From NCBI RefSeq assembly GCF_000372725.1, contig NW_005201092.1:718564-759177 (forward strand): 40,614 nucleotides of DNA. The letters run 5' to 3'. Shown piece by piece: positions 1-10,698 of the stretch (its first letter is position 1; every line of letters begins with the position of its first letter). The DNA comes from Emiliania huxleyi CCMP1516. Its lineage: Eukaryota. The notes under the pieces are model-generated. The model ran no database searches. It saw only the letters and a program-made list of their open reading frames with translations, and was not told the DNA's origin. Made by a program: the position numbers and the translations under genes.

Positions 1-447
1 CAGGGGGTTGTGCGCCGGGCCCCCGGGCCCTCCTGCTCGGCTCCAGCCGGTAGACAAGTCTTGTCATCAACAGAGTAGATGGATCTGACCTCGCTCCTCG
101 GGGCCGATGTGACCAAGCGCTGGTAGCGTGGTTTGACCTCACACCCATGGTCTCACAGTGTGCCGGCAGTCGCCGAGCAGTGTCGCTCACACAAGCCGCA
201 GCACAAGTGACTGAGGGCCAGTGAGGGCGAGCCCATCGCTGTCACAGCTGTAGCAGCCGCACAATAGGTTTCGCCTCAGATTTTGCCCCAAACCAGCTCT
301 CAGACTCAGGGAAACTCGAGAGTTGCCAGAATGGAGCAGGAATGGAGCACCAAACACCCTCTTCCTTGTGGTTTCCCTGGAAACTTCCGGAAACTCAAAG
401 TGCTGGGGACCCTCTGGTTTCCCTCTGGGTTGCCGGAAACTCTCGAG

Positions 448-510
448 CGGGCTTCACCCCGCACGCCGCGGGCTTCACCCCGCACGCCACGGGCTTCACC
501 CCGCACGCCG
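448..510. repeat. 21-bp tandem repeat x3 (cgggcttcaccccgcacgccg)
   Basis: Three near-identical units read directly. Confidence 0.9.
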
Positions 511-676
511 CGGAGCTCGAGGCTCCGAGCTCTCCGTCCCTCCGAGCCCTTGGAGCACCTGGAGTGCAGTCGGCAGCGGCGCGGTGCGCAGCCCCCTCAA
601 CCGCGCAGACTCCTCCACCGCCCGCTCTCCCTGTGCTCGGTACAGCAGGGATTGTCCCACAAAAGGGTTCGACGCC

Positions 677-688
677 AAAAAACCAAAA
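677..688 (-). terminator. Pol III oligo(T) terminator of the tRNA gene
   Basis: TTTTGGTTTTTT directly 3' of the tRNA discriminator base on the minus strand. Confidence 0.75.
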
Positions 689-761
689 TGGAGATGCCGG
701 GCTTCGATCCCGGTACCTCTCGCATGCGGAGCGAGCGATCTACCAATTGATCTACATCCCC
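689..761 (-). tRNA. tRNA-Ala, anticodon CGC
   Basis: Minus strand folds as GGGGATG TA GATC AATTGGTA GATC G CTCGC TCCGCAT GCGAG AGGTA CCGGG ATCGAAG CCCGG CATCTCC A. All stems pair, the G3:U70 Ala determinant is present, and the T-loop is the eukaryotic Ala-type ATCGA. Confidence 0.93.
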
Positions 762-961
762 GTGCCTCGACGAGGCATTCGGTGTGGAAGAGAGCCGGAG
801 GGCGGCAGCCTATATAGCTAAAAAATGAAAAATTTTGTTGGAATTTTTTGTGGATTTGGAGTTATTTTGAAAAAATAAAAAAATGTGTAGTCTTTAGGAG
901 GGGTGGATGAGGGTTGGGAAGGGATATGAATGTTTCGTAACTCTTCGGTGTGGAAATTGAA

Positions 962-1387
962 TTAAGGTTTCGTTTCAGAGTTTGATTGTTTTTGTTTGTT
1001 TATTATTTTCAGGTTAAACTTCACTTGGTGCTCCTTGTCGGAGGGGAGTCTCCCGGGCAATTTGCTCGGTACCGCGCCAGCGCATATCTTGATGAGCGAG
1101 TCGTGCTTCGCCGCCGTCGCCGCGATTCCCGTGCCGCCGCCACGGAAGGTGGCACGTGCTTTTGCGAAGCCCACTTTGCGGCCTTTGCCGCTTGCCCACC
1201 GCTTGGCTTCGTCAACGGGCGAGTGCCTTACCACACTCGCCTCGGCATCACTCGAAGCCGCGAGCTCGGATGCGGCCACAAGAGCGGCCTGCTTGGCACG
1301 CAGCTGCGTAATCGTCGGCCCGCGTGTGCGGCTCTTCACGGCCTGTGCCGGCGAGTTGGCGTTCACGCGCTGAATCATCATCGTCAT
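962..1387 (-). CDS. hypothetical small basic Ala/Lys-rich protein
   Basis: 141-aa ATG ORF with protein-like composition between two AT-rich flanks; no recognisable domain. Confidence 0.35.
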   Translation of the reverse strand: MTMMIQRVNANSPAQAVKSRTRGPTITQLRAKQAALVAASELAASSDAEASVVRHSPVDEAKRWASGKGRKVGFAKARATFRGGGTGIAATAAKHDSLIKICAGAVPSKLPGRLPSDKEHQVKFNLKIINKQKQSNSETKP

Positions 1388-1588
1388 GGCTGCTGTCTCG
1401 CTCGCTCGTGCGTCCTTGGAACTTGTGCCCGCCTCCTTCTCCTACGAGCTCGTATGCCACGTCGCCGCCTGTGTTTGGGTTTCTATGTTTGCGATTTGGA
1501 ATTTGGTATTTGTCCAACTCTTTGTTTATTTATTTATCTACCGCTGACCGGACAGGTTCCACACCTCTCGGCGAGCGTAAACAGTGAG

Positions 1589-3049
1589 TCACACCCTCGC
1601 AGCACCGCCGCGCGGGCGCGCCTCGAGCTCCTCCGGCCGCGGTATCGACGCGCACCGAAACGACTCCCGCGACCAGCCGCCGCCGGGCAGCGCATCGGGG
1701 AAGCAGCTCGAGGCGCACTTGGTGTGGAGGCGCCGCTGGTCGAAGCCGACGCCGGCAGCGGCGCTGCGGTTGGCCTCCTGCAGCTCCCCGCGCGAGGCGC
1801 CCGGGGGCGGCTGGTGGCCGTTGAGGAAGTGGGGCATGAGGCCGGGCAGGCCGCGCCGCCGGTAGGGCCTCGAGAAGAAGTCGCCGTTGCGCGCGCCGCA
1901 CGTGACGGCCGCGGTGCGGTTCGCGTCGCAGCGGAAGAGGTGGGGGTGGCGGCCGCACATGACCCCCTCGTCGGTCGGGCGCAGCGCCTCGCACTCGGCG
2001 CGGCGCAGCCAGATGATCTCCGTCCGCGCCTCGCCGTTGACAAAGTCGCGGTTGCCGGGCACCTGCAGCGTGTCGATCCCGTCGAGCCTGGTCGACGGCG
2101 CGCCGCAGCTGGCCGGGCGCACCGCGCGCGCGGCCCTCGCGCAGGCGGGCTGCGTCGCGACCGCCGCCGCGAGGCGGGAGGCTGGCCCGGCGCAGCAGCG
2201 GCCGAGGAGCTGCGCCTCCTGCAGCAGCCGCTGCGCCGTCGAGACGCGCGGGACGACGAGGGTGCGGCCGAGGTTGATCGACAGGCCCGAGCCGGCGGCG
2301 TAGTAGAGGAACATGGCGTGCGTCGTCTCGTCGCGATCGTCCGCCCACGGGCAGTGCGTCACCTCGACCCACGAGCCGTTTGGGAAGGGCCGCTCGGGCC
2401 GCGCCGGCCGCACCCACAGCGTGTCGAGCGGAGAGTGCTCGCTCACCGCGTGCGCCCAGTAAAAGGGCTGGCGCGGAGGGCGCGCCGTCTTGTGGCACAC
2501 GCCCACCCGCGCCACGCTGCGCACCGCCGCGTCGGAGAGCAGGCGCAGGTACACCACCCGCAGCGCGTGCAAGTCCACGCGGCCGGGTGCGCCGTACACC
2601 GCGGTCGAGTAGGCGCCCTGGATGTCGTGCAGGGCCGCGGCGGTGACGGTGCGCTGCCGCACGAGCTCCTCGGCCGGGCTGCGCGTTTTGACGAAGGACG
2701 CGTAGGCGATCGCGCGGCTGCGGTAGTGACGGTGCGCTGCGATCACGCGAAGGTGGTGGTAGTCGACGTCCGTGTAGTCGCAGGCGGCGCAGAGCGAACA
2801 GAAGCTCACGAGCCTCGCGGAGCGAGAGCCCCTGCGCTGCGCGTCCCGGTACACTGTAAAGAAGCGGCAGTCGGCGCGGGCCGAGCAAGCGGCGCGGCAG
2901 GCCGCCTCCGACGCGGCAAAGTGGACGAGCATGCCAGTCCACGAGGCGGGGCGGGTCTTGCAGCATGGCTCGGTGGCGTTGGGCAGAGGCAGGAACGAGG
3001 ACGGAGGAGCCGGGGATTGCGGAGAGGCGCGGCGGCTCGAGCGCTGCAT
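1589..3049 (-). CDS. hypothetical protein with N-terminal PAN/apple-like motif
   Basis: 486-aa ORF with protein-like sequence; SEAACRAACSARADCRFFTVY matches the PAN CxxxC...C-x-x-F pattern. Start uncertain. Confidence 0.65.
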   Translation of the reverse strand: MQRSSRRASPQSPAPPSSFLPLPNATEPCCKTRPASWTGMLVHFAASEAACRAACSARADCRFFTVYRDAQRRGSRSARLVSFCSLCAACDYTDVDYHHLRVIAAHRHYRSRAIAYASFVKTRSPAEELVRQRTVTAAALHDIQGAYSTAVYGAPGRVDLHALRVVYLRLLSDAAVRSVARVGVCHKTARPPRQPFYWAHAVSEHSPLDTLWVRPARPERPFPNGSWVEVTHCPWADDRDETTHAMFLYYAAGSGLSINLGRTLVVPRVSTAQRLLQEAQLLGRCCAGPASRLAAAVATQPACARAARAVRPASCGAPSTRLDGIDTLQVPGNRDFVNGEARTEIIWLRRAECEALRPTDEGVMCGRHPHLFRCDANRTAAVTCGARNGDFFSRPYRRRGLPGLMPHFLNGHQPPPGASRGELQEANRSAAAGVGFDQRRLHTKCASSCFPDALPGGGWSRESFRCASIPRPEELEARPRGGAARV

Positions 3050-3106
3050 GGAGGAGGAGCGCGGCGGGTGTGTGTCGCCTCACCGGGAGGTAAGCGGTCG
3101 CGGCGT

Positions 3107-3190
3107 GCAGCGGAGCTGAGTCTGCGGTGTGCAGCGGAGCTGAGTCTGCGGCGTGCAGCGGAGCTGAGTCTGCGGCGCGCAGCGGAGCTG
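3107..3190. repeat. 24-bp tandem repeat x3.5 (gcagcggagctgagtctgcggcgt)
   Basis: Read directly. Confidence 0.9.
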
Positions 3191-3992
3191 CTGGGCGCGG
3201 CGTGCAGCGGCAGCTTCCCGCGGCCCAAGCTGGTCGTGCGCAGATTTTCTTTTACTAGTGGGGGACCTGCGGCCGACCCGCCTCTGTTGTTCGGTCAGTG
3301 AGAGACGCAGGATCTGCACGCAAAGTGGGGCCACTCCGCACTTTCATTTTGGTTTTGGGTTGTCGGAGATCATCCATCAGCACTCATAAGTCAGTCAAAG
3401 CAGTCGTGGCACGTGAGCGCAGAGTCGCTGCATGCAACGGCGCCGCCACACGCTCCGGACGACCGACACACCGACACACCACGCACAATGGGAGGCTATC
3501 GCGCACGATCGGCCATCGCACCCACCGCAAACACCTCGCCGCACAGATGGGGGGAGGCATAATCCCACACACACCGGAGCAGCGCAGACACCTTACACGT
3601 CAGCGCTCGCTCGATGTGGCCGGCGCTCTCCCCTCTCCTATCGCGGCGAGCCGGTCTCGGCGGGAGACCTCGGAGCCGCACGCGATGCGGGCATGCGCGA
3701 TGGCTCCGTTGGCTCCGTGCCTAAGGCAGATAGATTAGGGTGTGAGCTGCGGCAGCCACCGTTTCTGTACCTCGATCACGTGCAGGCCGTCGGAGGCCGC
3801 GCTGGATGGCCCAGGGCCGGCGGCGGTGAAGGCGTCCGTCGATGAAGGGATGTCCTCGAGGGAGCCATCGTCCTACGCGGCTGGTGCACCGGTCCAGTTG
3901 TCGGAGTTCGAGATCGCCGTCGACTTGGAGAGTTCGGCCCGTTGACGAACTCACGGAATGTGAGCGACTTGGTGCACGCTGATAGTCGAGCA

Positions 3993-4426
3993 TCATGGCT
4001 CGCACCTCATCCTGAGCGCAAGGAACTCGCCCAGGGGCCAGCTGTTGGCGTCGCCGTTTTGATCGAGCTGCATCCACTGCATGGTTTCGTAGTCAAGCTT
4101 AAACGCCCAGGAGTTGGCGCCTGGGTGACTTGCTGATGAGAGCGCCTTCCAGGCGGGTAGTCGTCTCACCTAAGGTCATACGGCGGCGTCAGAGGGGGGG
4201 AGGGGCGCGAAGCGTGAACATGAAGGCAAGCAGGCGGTCGCTGCACCTGGCCAAAGCCGGCGACCTCAAAGTTGTCGTAGGTTGTGCGGGTATCGCTGAG
4301 CGTGAGAGGGACTGGATCGGCAGCAGCGCGGGCGGCAGCGGCCGGAGAGGCCGGAGAGCCGTCCGACGGAGGCCGGTCGTGCATCGGCGCGTCGGCCGTA
4401 GGGGCCGGGGGGGCGGCGGCATCCAT
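3993..4426 (-). CDS. hypothetical protein, 2 exons (GT-AG intron 4170-4246)
   Basis: ATG at 4426 gives MDAAAPP...YDNFEVAGFGQ, spliced in phase to VRRLPAWKALSS...WAFKLDYETMQWMQLDQNGDANSWPLGEFLALRM. The 3' end may splice further. Confidence 0.4.
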
Positions 4427-4694
4427 CGCTGCGGGTCGCTGCGGGCCGACGATTGTGGACTGATCGATCGTCGGCGGGCGGTGTTCTCGGGTGTGCAGCT
4501 GGGACGTTCTACGGTTAAAAGAGCGACGGCGCCGACACGAGAGACTTATAAGGGTAGATATACGCATTTGAAGAATGTGTACGCCCCGCCAAAGGTGTCG
4601 GGTGTCGGCAAAAAAGAATTTTTCAGCCCGTGTCTCGGCACTCAGCATCGGTTCCGCAGACAACACCGCATCGGGGTGACGGCATCTCAGCCAT

Positions 4695-4757
4695 GCTCTC
4701 TCCGCTCGGCCCACGCCGCTCTCCGCTCGGCCCCCGCCGGTCTCCGCTCGGCGAACG
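4695..4757. repeat. degenerate 21-bp tandem repeat x3 (core tctccgctcggc)
   Basis: Read directly. Confidence 0.75.
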
Positions 4758-5616
4758 CCGCTCTGTTGAAACAGTGGCTAAGAAGTCGTCTCTCGGCAAC
4801 CGCCGCTCCCGCCAACGCGGCTCGACCGTCACCTCGGAGCTGCTCGAGACAGTGCAGCACGGAGCTCCGGGTCGAGAAGGAGCGGCAGGACAAGGAGCTT
4901 TGCGCCTGGGGAAGAGGGCTCGACTGGCGCCCGTGGGAGGCGGTGGCCCCCACGTCGGTCGAATGCGGAGTGTTCTCGCTTGACCTCTGAACCATCGTCC
5001 GGCATCTGCTCGTCGTGGTGTGCCGCTGGTTTGTGACAGGACATCGCGCTGCGATGTGACTGATGATGGAGATAGAATGCATGTTGTTGAGTCCAGGCAG
5101 TGACTGGTGGTGTCTCAGGATGTGGAGTGAAGATCCATCCCACATGCAAGATCGTGTGTGTGTATAAGTATATGCGCGGCAGCTGGGACCCCAGAGGGTC
5201 CCGCGAGAGGGACACACCACCAATGCTAGCACCAATGTCGACTTACCTTTATCCCTCCCCTCCCATCTTCTGCATTCACTCTTTACACATACGTAAGTCA
5301 TTCGTTAGAGTTTGACCGTTTTCATTCTGTACACGCTGCTACGGGTCCACGCACCCGCCCGTCGGGCCGGACGTGCAGGTCTCAACGGAGAAGGCGACGG
5401 GCCTGTGTGTTCAGAGAGTCGCCGCCGAGACCCGAGTGCTCCGACGGTTGTGCACGAGTTGCCAGTGTTGGGAGCCCACTTTCTTTTGTGTACTCTAGCT
5501 TAAGGAGCTGAAGACTAGGTAACAGTAAGACGTCCTCTTGACGCAACGCGAATCCGAACAGGTGACGAGAGATGCGCCACCCTTGTGTGCACGCCGGCCA
5601 CGCCACAGAGACGTTT

Positions 5617-6261
5617 TCAGACCCGCGACGGCCCGTCTCTCACGAGGACGAACAGGTTGCCCTTGTCACCGCGCGAGACGCGCAGCGTGTCGTCGAGGTA
5701 GGTCGTCTCGAGCACGCCCTTGGCCGCGGCGGGTGCAGGTATCCGGAGCCAGCCGATGCCAAAGCGCAAGAACTGCACGTCCACAGTTCGCCCGTCGTCC
5801 CGCGGCGTGAGCCTGGCACGAACCATGTTTTTGAGGAGCCCGAGCAGCACCCACTCCTCGTTCTTCGCCGCGAGCTGACGGGCATCGATCGACTGCAAGA
5901 TCCTCTTGTACCGCGGCCGGAACGGGCGGGGCCGAGTCGTGCCCAGGATGGAGTCGGAAGTGGTGTAGATGAGGCGCCAGCAGCCGGTGAGCAGGTCTGG
6001 CGCCTCGAGTGGCTTCGGCGTCGGATTGAGTGGCTCGATCTGCTCAATCGCCTCCAGCACGGAGGGTCGAAACTCGGCGATGCGCCCCATGTCTGCGACG
6101 GTGCACGCGTCGATGAGGGCCGCCTTGGCGTCGCCGAGCATTGACTGGTACTCGGACGCCTGTGCTGCCACGGCGCGCAGTGGAGCCGCAGCGGATCGAC
6201 CGGCGGCGGCGCGAACGGCGAACCCGCTGGCGGTGTGGAGCAGGAGCAGAGGCACACACAT
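5617..6261 (-). CDS. plastid lipid-associated protein / fibrillin (PAP_fibrillin family)
   Basis: Motifs IEQIEPLNPTP, LLTGCWRLIYTT and LETTYLDDTLRVSRGDKGNLFVL. Bipartite leader with an ASG-F cleavage motif typical of complex red plastids. Confidence 0.92.
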   Translation of the reverse strand: MCVPLLLLHTASGFAVRAAAGRSAAAPLRAVAAQASEYQSMLGDAKAALIDACTVADMGRIAEFRPSVLEAIEQIEPLNPTPKPLEAPDLLTGCWRLIYTTSDSILGTTRPRPFRPRYKRILQSIDARQLAAKNEEWVLLGLLKNMVRARLTPRDDGRTVDVQFLRFGIGWLRIPAPAAAKGVLETTYLDDTLRVSRGDKGNLFVLVRDGPSRV

Positions 6262-6470
6262 GTCGTATCGCGTATCGGAAGCGCCTCCCTCCCGCAGTCA
6301 GTGTTAGGAGAGAAGAATTTTACTAAACTCTCACAGCAGACTGGCTCGGACTGGCACTACATGTACAAAAGGCACGGTAGGCGACGGCCCCTTATGGGCC
6401 GTCGAAGAGGCCGGCGTCTTACGCTCACAGCACACGGCAACAACATACCTAAAACACGGCACGACAAGGG

Positions 6471-6574
6471 TGGGCGACGGCTAGCGCACCACACCCCTCT
6501 CCTTACAATCCCTGTGTGGTGGCGGCGTGCCGTCCTCCCATCCCTCCCTTGGGTTGTCTGTTTTCTTTCTTTCT
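6471..6574 (+). mobile_element. short, probably 5'-truncated non-LTR retroelement/SINE insertion
   Basis: 104 bp ending in a (TTTC)n tail, flanked by exact 13-bp direct repeats ggcacgacaaggg (6458-6470, 6575-6587). Related sequence occurs at 7450-7930. Confidence 0.6.
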
Positions 6575-7449
6575 GGCACGACAAGGGCGCGGACTGGCGC
6601 GGACTGGCACACACACCGGCTCACGTTACTTAGAAAGAATTTTCACCTCGACGGGACTGGCGCGCAACACTGGTAACATATAGGTAACCACGGGATCGGG
6701 AGTTACCTAAGCGAAAACAAAAAATGTCCGCGACTCCTGCGCGATTAGAAAAGGATATTGGGTGCCCGAAATTTTCGGGTAGGTAGGTCCGTAAGTGGTG
6801 AGAGCCCATGTGAGAGCCACATGTACATGTTGTTGTGCATATGCCCATCCTGCGGCGACAACGGTGGCGCGTTGGCGGCGCTCGATGGGGCGGCGCGGTG
6901 CGGGGCCCGCGAGCTGCGGGCAGCCGGGGGGTGGTGTTGCGTGGCGGCACGGCCCGGAGCGCGCGGCTCCCCGCGCCGCGGAGAGGCGCGCGGCGGGGCG
7001 AGGCATGGAGGGCGAGGGGCTGGCCTGACGCGTCGTTTGGTCTGCAACTAAAAGAAGAAATTAACAGTGGAGTGTGGGATTCGCTTGCATTCGCTTGCAA
7101 TTTGGATTTGCAAAGGTTGCTTAGCAGTTGGATTGCGTGTGATTGCGCAAATTGCAAATTAAAAGAAGAATTCCACTGCAAATGCAATTTGCTCAAACTC
7201 AGGATTGGTCATTTCGCGAAAAAAAAAATTCGTCGCGCGAAGAAGAAATGCAGGCGTGGATTACGTCATGTCGTCACGTCATGACACTCGTACTCGGAGC
7301 TCATCCCCTACCTGCACGTGACATGACACTGCTGTGAATACGTCCCGAACCCATACTCAGGAGCGGTAGCATGTGCATGTGCATGTGCATGTCACATGCA
7401 CTGAAATGGGACGGGCCCTGTGGCTGTGCCCGGACGGGCACTCAAATTC

Positions 7450-8068
7450 CTGAAAAGAAAGAAAACAGACAACCCAAGGGAGGGAGAGGACGGCTTTATC
7501 GGTGGAGGTACAAGATAGTGTTCGAAGAGAGAGTGGACCTGAGCAACGGATATGACTTGGGTCTTGGCGGCAGATGAATCGCAGTGGGCGTCAGAAGAGT
7601 CGTCCTTGCGCGAGGAGAGCTCGAACGATAGACTCGAGGGGCCAAAATATGCCGCGAGCAGGGCGGAGTTGCGACGAAAGGCGAGAGAAGAAGCGAGAGC
7701 AACGGAGCGGCAGGCGGCGGCGGCGTCGCAGGACGAGGCAGAGGAGAGCGACGCGACAGAGGAAGAAGCGACACGAGAGAGAACGACGAGAGTGGGACGA
7801 CCGCGAGGTGGCATGAAGGTTGCAGCGAGAATCGGCGAGGGACTGCGAAGGGAGATAGGAAGACGCACAGAACCGTCGGTCAGGGAGGGCGACGGGTAGA
7901 AACACACTCCTCTCCTTAAAATCCCTGTGTNNNNNNNNNNNNNNNNNNNNNNNNNNNNNNNNNNNNNNNNNNNNNNNNNNNNNNNNNNNNNNNNNNNNNN
8001 NNNNNNNNNNNNNNNNNNNNNNNNNNNNNNTCTCTCTTCGCACTCAAAGAAAGAAAGAGGGATTTTAA
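7450..8068. mobile_element. insertion of the same repeat family, internally rearranged, spanning an N gap
   Basis: Flanked by 11-bp direct repeats cactcaaattc (7439-7449, 8069-8079). About 7455-7494 is the reverse complement of about 6529-6572; about 7887-7930 matches 6472-6517 in direct orientation. Confidence 0.5.
7931..8030. other. assembly gap (100 N)
   Basis: N run. Confidence 1.
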
Positions 8069-8119
8069 CACTCAAATTCATATTCGCCGGAGGGCGTTGT
8101 AAATTCTTTGTGCAAGAAG

Positions 8120-8779
8120 ATGCGCTCCGCGCACGTAGGAACCCTAATCATCGCCGCGCTGCTCGCCGCGCCCGCGTCCACGAGCCAGTGCGAGGACTAC
8201 TTTGGCGATATCGAGGACCAGGACGGCACCGTGACGACCGTAGTGGACCCGGACGTCACTGAGGGATGGCCTTTTGCGCGTCTCACCTTCGTTCACCACT
8301 CTGGTCCCGGCTCTGCGTGCTTGTCTCCCGCGCCGCCAAAGGGCTGCCACCGCTACTATGTCGCGACGTACACGACGTCCGAGTGTCCCTCCACCTGTCC
8401 GCTGATCACCGGCACCGCCGCCAACTTTACGGGCAAGCGCGACTTGGACGGCAGATTTGACCGAGCGAATGGAATCCTGTCTGCCTGCGCCGAGTGCGCA
8501 GCCAGTGTGAGCCTCGTGTGCTGGCGCGCGCCAGCGAAGGACCCGCAGCGATGTGCGTGCCCTGGCGCGGCGCCGTCGCGCGGCGGCGGGCTGCTGCTGG
8601 AGGACCCGGCGCCGCCGGTGCACCTCCAGAGCTTCGAATCCCTCGAGGACACGCTCAAGGACTCGATGAGCGCTCTTGCCGTTCTCGCGGTCGGCATTGC
8701 GGGACTCGTTGTTCTGGGCCGATTCGTTCGGCCCGGAAGTCATACAGCTGCCGAGAGGCTCCTCAACAACCAGTTCTAG
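8120..8779 (+). CDS. hypothetical Cys-containing type I membrane protein
   Basis: ATG at 8120; signal peptide MRSAHVGTLIIAALLAAPASTS; Cys-containing ectodomain; C-terminal TM ALAVLAVGIAGLVVLG. Confidence 0.7.
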   Translation: MRSAHVGTLIIAALLAAPASTSQCEDYFGDIEDQDGTVTTVVDPDVTEGWPFARLTFVHHSGPGSACLSPAPPKGCHRYYVATYTTSECPSTCPLITGTAANFTGKRDLDGRFDRANGILSACAECAASVSLVCWRAPAKDPQRCACPGAAPSRGGGLLLEDPAPPVHLQSFESLEDTLKDSMSALAVLAVGIAGLVVLGRFVRPGSHTAAERLLNNQF

Positions 8780-8859
8780 CTCCTGACGCATTGCCGTATG
8801 CAGACGTGTGTCGGCGTGCGTGCGTGCGTGTTCGCGCGCGAGCGTCCCCGCGTATGCTT

Positions 8860-8937
8860 TATCTAGGTAAATTTCATGACTTCTCGACAGTATCTAGGTA
8901 AATTCCATAATCTAGGTAAATTTCATAACTTCTCGAC
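8860..8937. repeat. AT-rich irregular tandem repeat (atctaggtaaatt x3)
   Basis: Read directly; two copies extend into cat(g/a)acttctcgac. Confidence 0.8.
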
Positions 8938-9841
8938 GTGGAGGTGGGGCCAGGCCGACTACACGGTAAGGCATACGGACCTTGCAGAAAACCTTTTCCT
9001 TCTAAGCAGGGCTACACAATGACCCTATAGTGTGTGGGTGTTCCTGGCGAGTTGTGATGAGTAGAATTAGACTAGCCAATACTATTTTGAAGTTCATATA
9101 TGAAAATACCAACTTGCCTATGTGCACGTCTCCGCCGCGGCGGCCCGGAGGCGGCCCGGCGGAGCGGTCAGAGCAGCACTGCGCGGGCCGGCGATCGACT
9201 CTCGACTATAGTACGGGCTCTATTGAATGGCCTCAAGGTGCTCTCTAGGGCTGCCCTATTCCGCTCGCCCGGCTACGTCGCCGGGCTTCGAAGGAAAAGG
9301 TTTCGCTCGGCACGGCGTCGGAGAGCAAACTTCGACGTTCGTCCTATAGTGGAAGCTGGACGCACGTAGGCAAGTGGCCCATGACCAGGCGGGCTGCTGC
9401 TCAGAATCTGGGCCGTCGGCGCTCGCTCTCGCGCTCTTCATAACGGCGTTGCCCCCTCCCTCCCGCGCCGACGTTGGGCAGCCCGACCACGACAACGTCA
9501 GCGCCGCTGGCCTGCAACTCGAGGCGCCTTTGAATGAGCACGAGCCGGTGCGCGGCGGCGGCGCGGGTGATGCAGCCCAAGGTGACGGCGACGGCAGAGG
9601 GGGCGGCGCCGGCGGCGGAGGAGGCGGCAGCGGCGGCGATGGCCGCGGGGTCGGCCCGCCCGCCTTTGCTGCTGGTGCTGTGGGCATCATCACAGCTCAG
9701 CGGCGGTGTGCGACCAGGGCCAGTGGTAGACTTTCGACGCGGTGAGGCTGCTCTCTGAGCAATGACACTAGCAAGAGCATCATGTGTGTCATCGGAGTCA
9801 CTTGTATTACGATACCACCACGCCGCCACGCTCGCAAGGGC

Positions 9842-9904
9842 CGCCTAAGCGCCTAAGCACACTAAGCACCCCCCCCCCGCTTAGGCCGCTTAGGCGCTTA
9901 GGCG
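9842..9904. repeat. 17-bp perfect inverted repeat around a poly-C spacer
   Basis: cgcctaagcgcctaagc (9842-9858) and gcttaggcgcttaggcg (9888-9904). Confidence 0.85.
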
Positions 9905-10698
9905 AGTGACGGCCGGCTGCCCGGGGCCTGGCGTGCCTCCGCCGTGGGCTGAGCGCCCGGGAGAGCCACTCTGCAAGTGGTGTGCGAGCGTGTAGCCTTT
10001 AGCGTGCAGTCGGCCGGGCTTCCGCCCGGGGCTATAGGGGGTAGGGGCTAGGCCGTAGCGGCTAGGGCGCTCGCGCGCCTCCCCTCTCTACACGGCTCTC
10101 TATGATAGAGTCTCTATATGCGTGCGGAGAGCGCTGCGGCGGTCCTCGGCGTACCTCGGCCCTCTTGTGCCCCCCGCCTCTTGCTCTTCGTTATACGGCG
10201 TACTAGACCGTGGGTCTTCCGTCCGGTCTTCGCTCCCCCGGCGTGTGTGGGGCCCCCCGCGCTCTCGCGGGGTGTGGAGCTGGAGGTCCGCGCGCACCGC
10301 GCACCGCGGCCCTCTCTCGAGCGGAGAGAGCGGGGAGACGGGCTGTGAGGCTGTAAGCCCTGTCCGCGCCTCTCCGAGCTCGCGCGCCTGACACCTAGGA
10401 AGCGGGACCGCTGGGCCGTCTGTGGCGACGAAGTGGCAAGTCGCCCCGGGCGGGGGGGGTCGCGACCTCCGGTTCGTTCCTCAACTCCAACGACCCGGTC
10501 TAGCAGTGTACCCACACGATACGTCTCACGCTAGGTCTCACGAGTGTTAGGAGCAGTGTTATCGTCCTCGTCTCCTCGAGCGTTATCCCCCTATCTATCT
10601 CGCGCGCTATTCTCGCGCAGGAGATAGTTCAATCGTAAATATCGTATCTGCGCGAATGTCTGGTAGGTACAACCACAAACCAGCGTTCCATCCCCGTG

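Noticed and set aside
4..36. Match to 26198-26222 (ggggttgtgcgccgggcc...ctcctgc)
   Set aside because: Short match at the window edge; not enough context to interpret.
283..750. 155-aa plus-strand ORF ending MEMPGFDPGTSRMRSERSTN
   Set aside because: Antisense read-through of the tRNA plus a 21-bp repeat.
986..3301. 771-aa plus-strand ORF
   Set aside because: Arg/Ala/Gly-rich shadow of the minus-strand genes in high-GC DNA; no domain.
8860..8937. Possible mini CRISPR array
   Set aside because: Irregular tandem duplication without unique spacers; eukaryotic context with no cas genes.
9256..9829. Overlapping Pro- or Gly-rich ORFs on both strands
   Set aside because: No frame could be chosen convincingly; it may be a gene fragment.
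9991..10631. Possible solo LTR
   Set aside because: No matching TG...CA inverted ends, TSD or primer-binding site identified.
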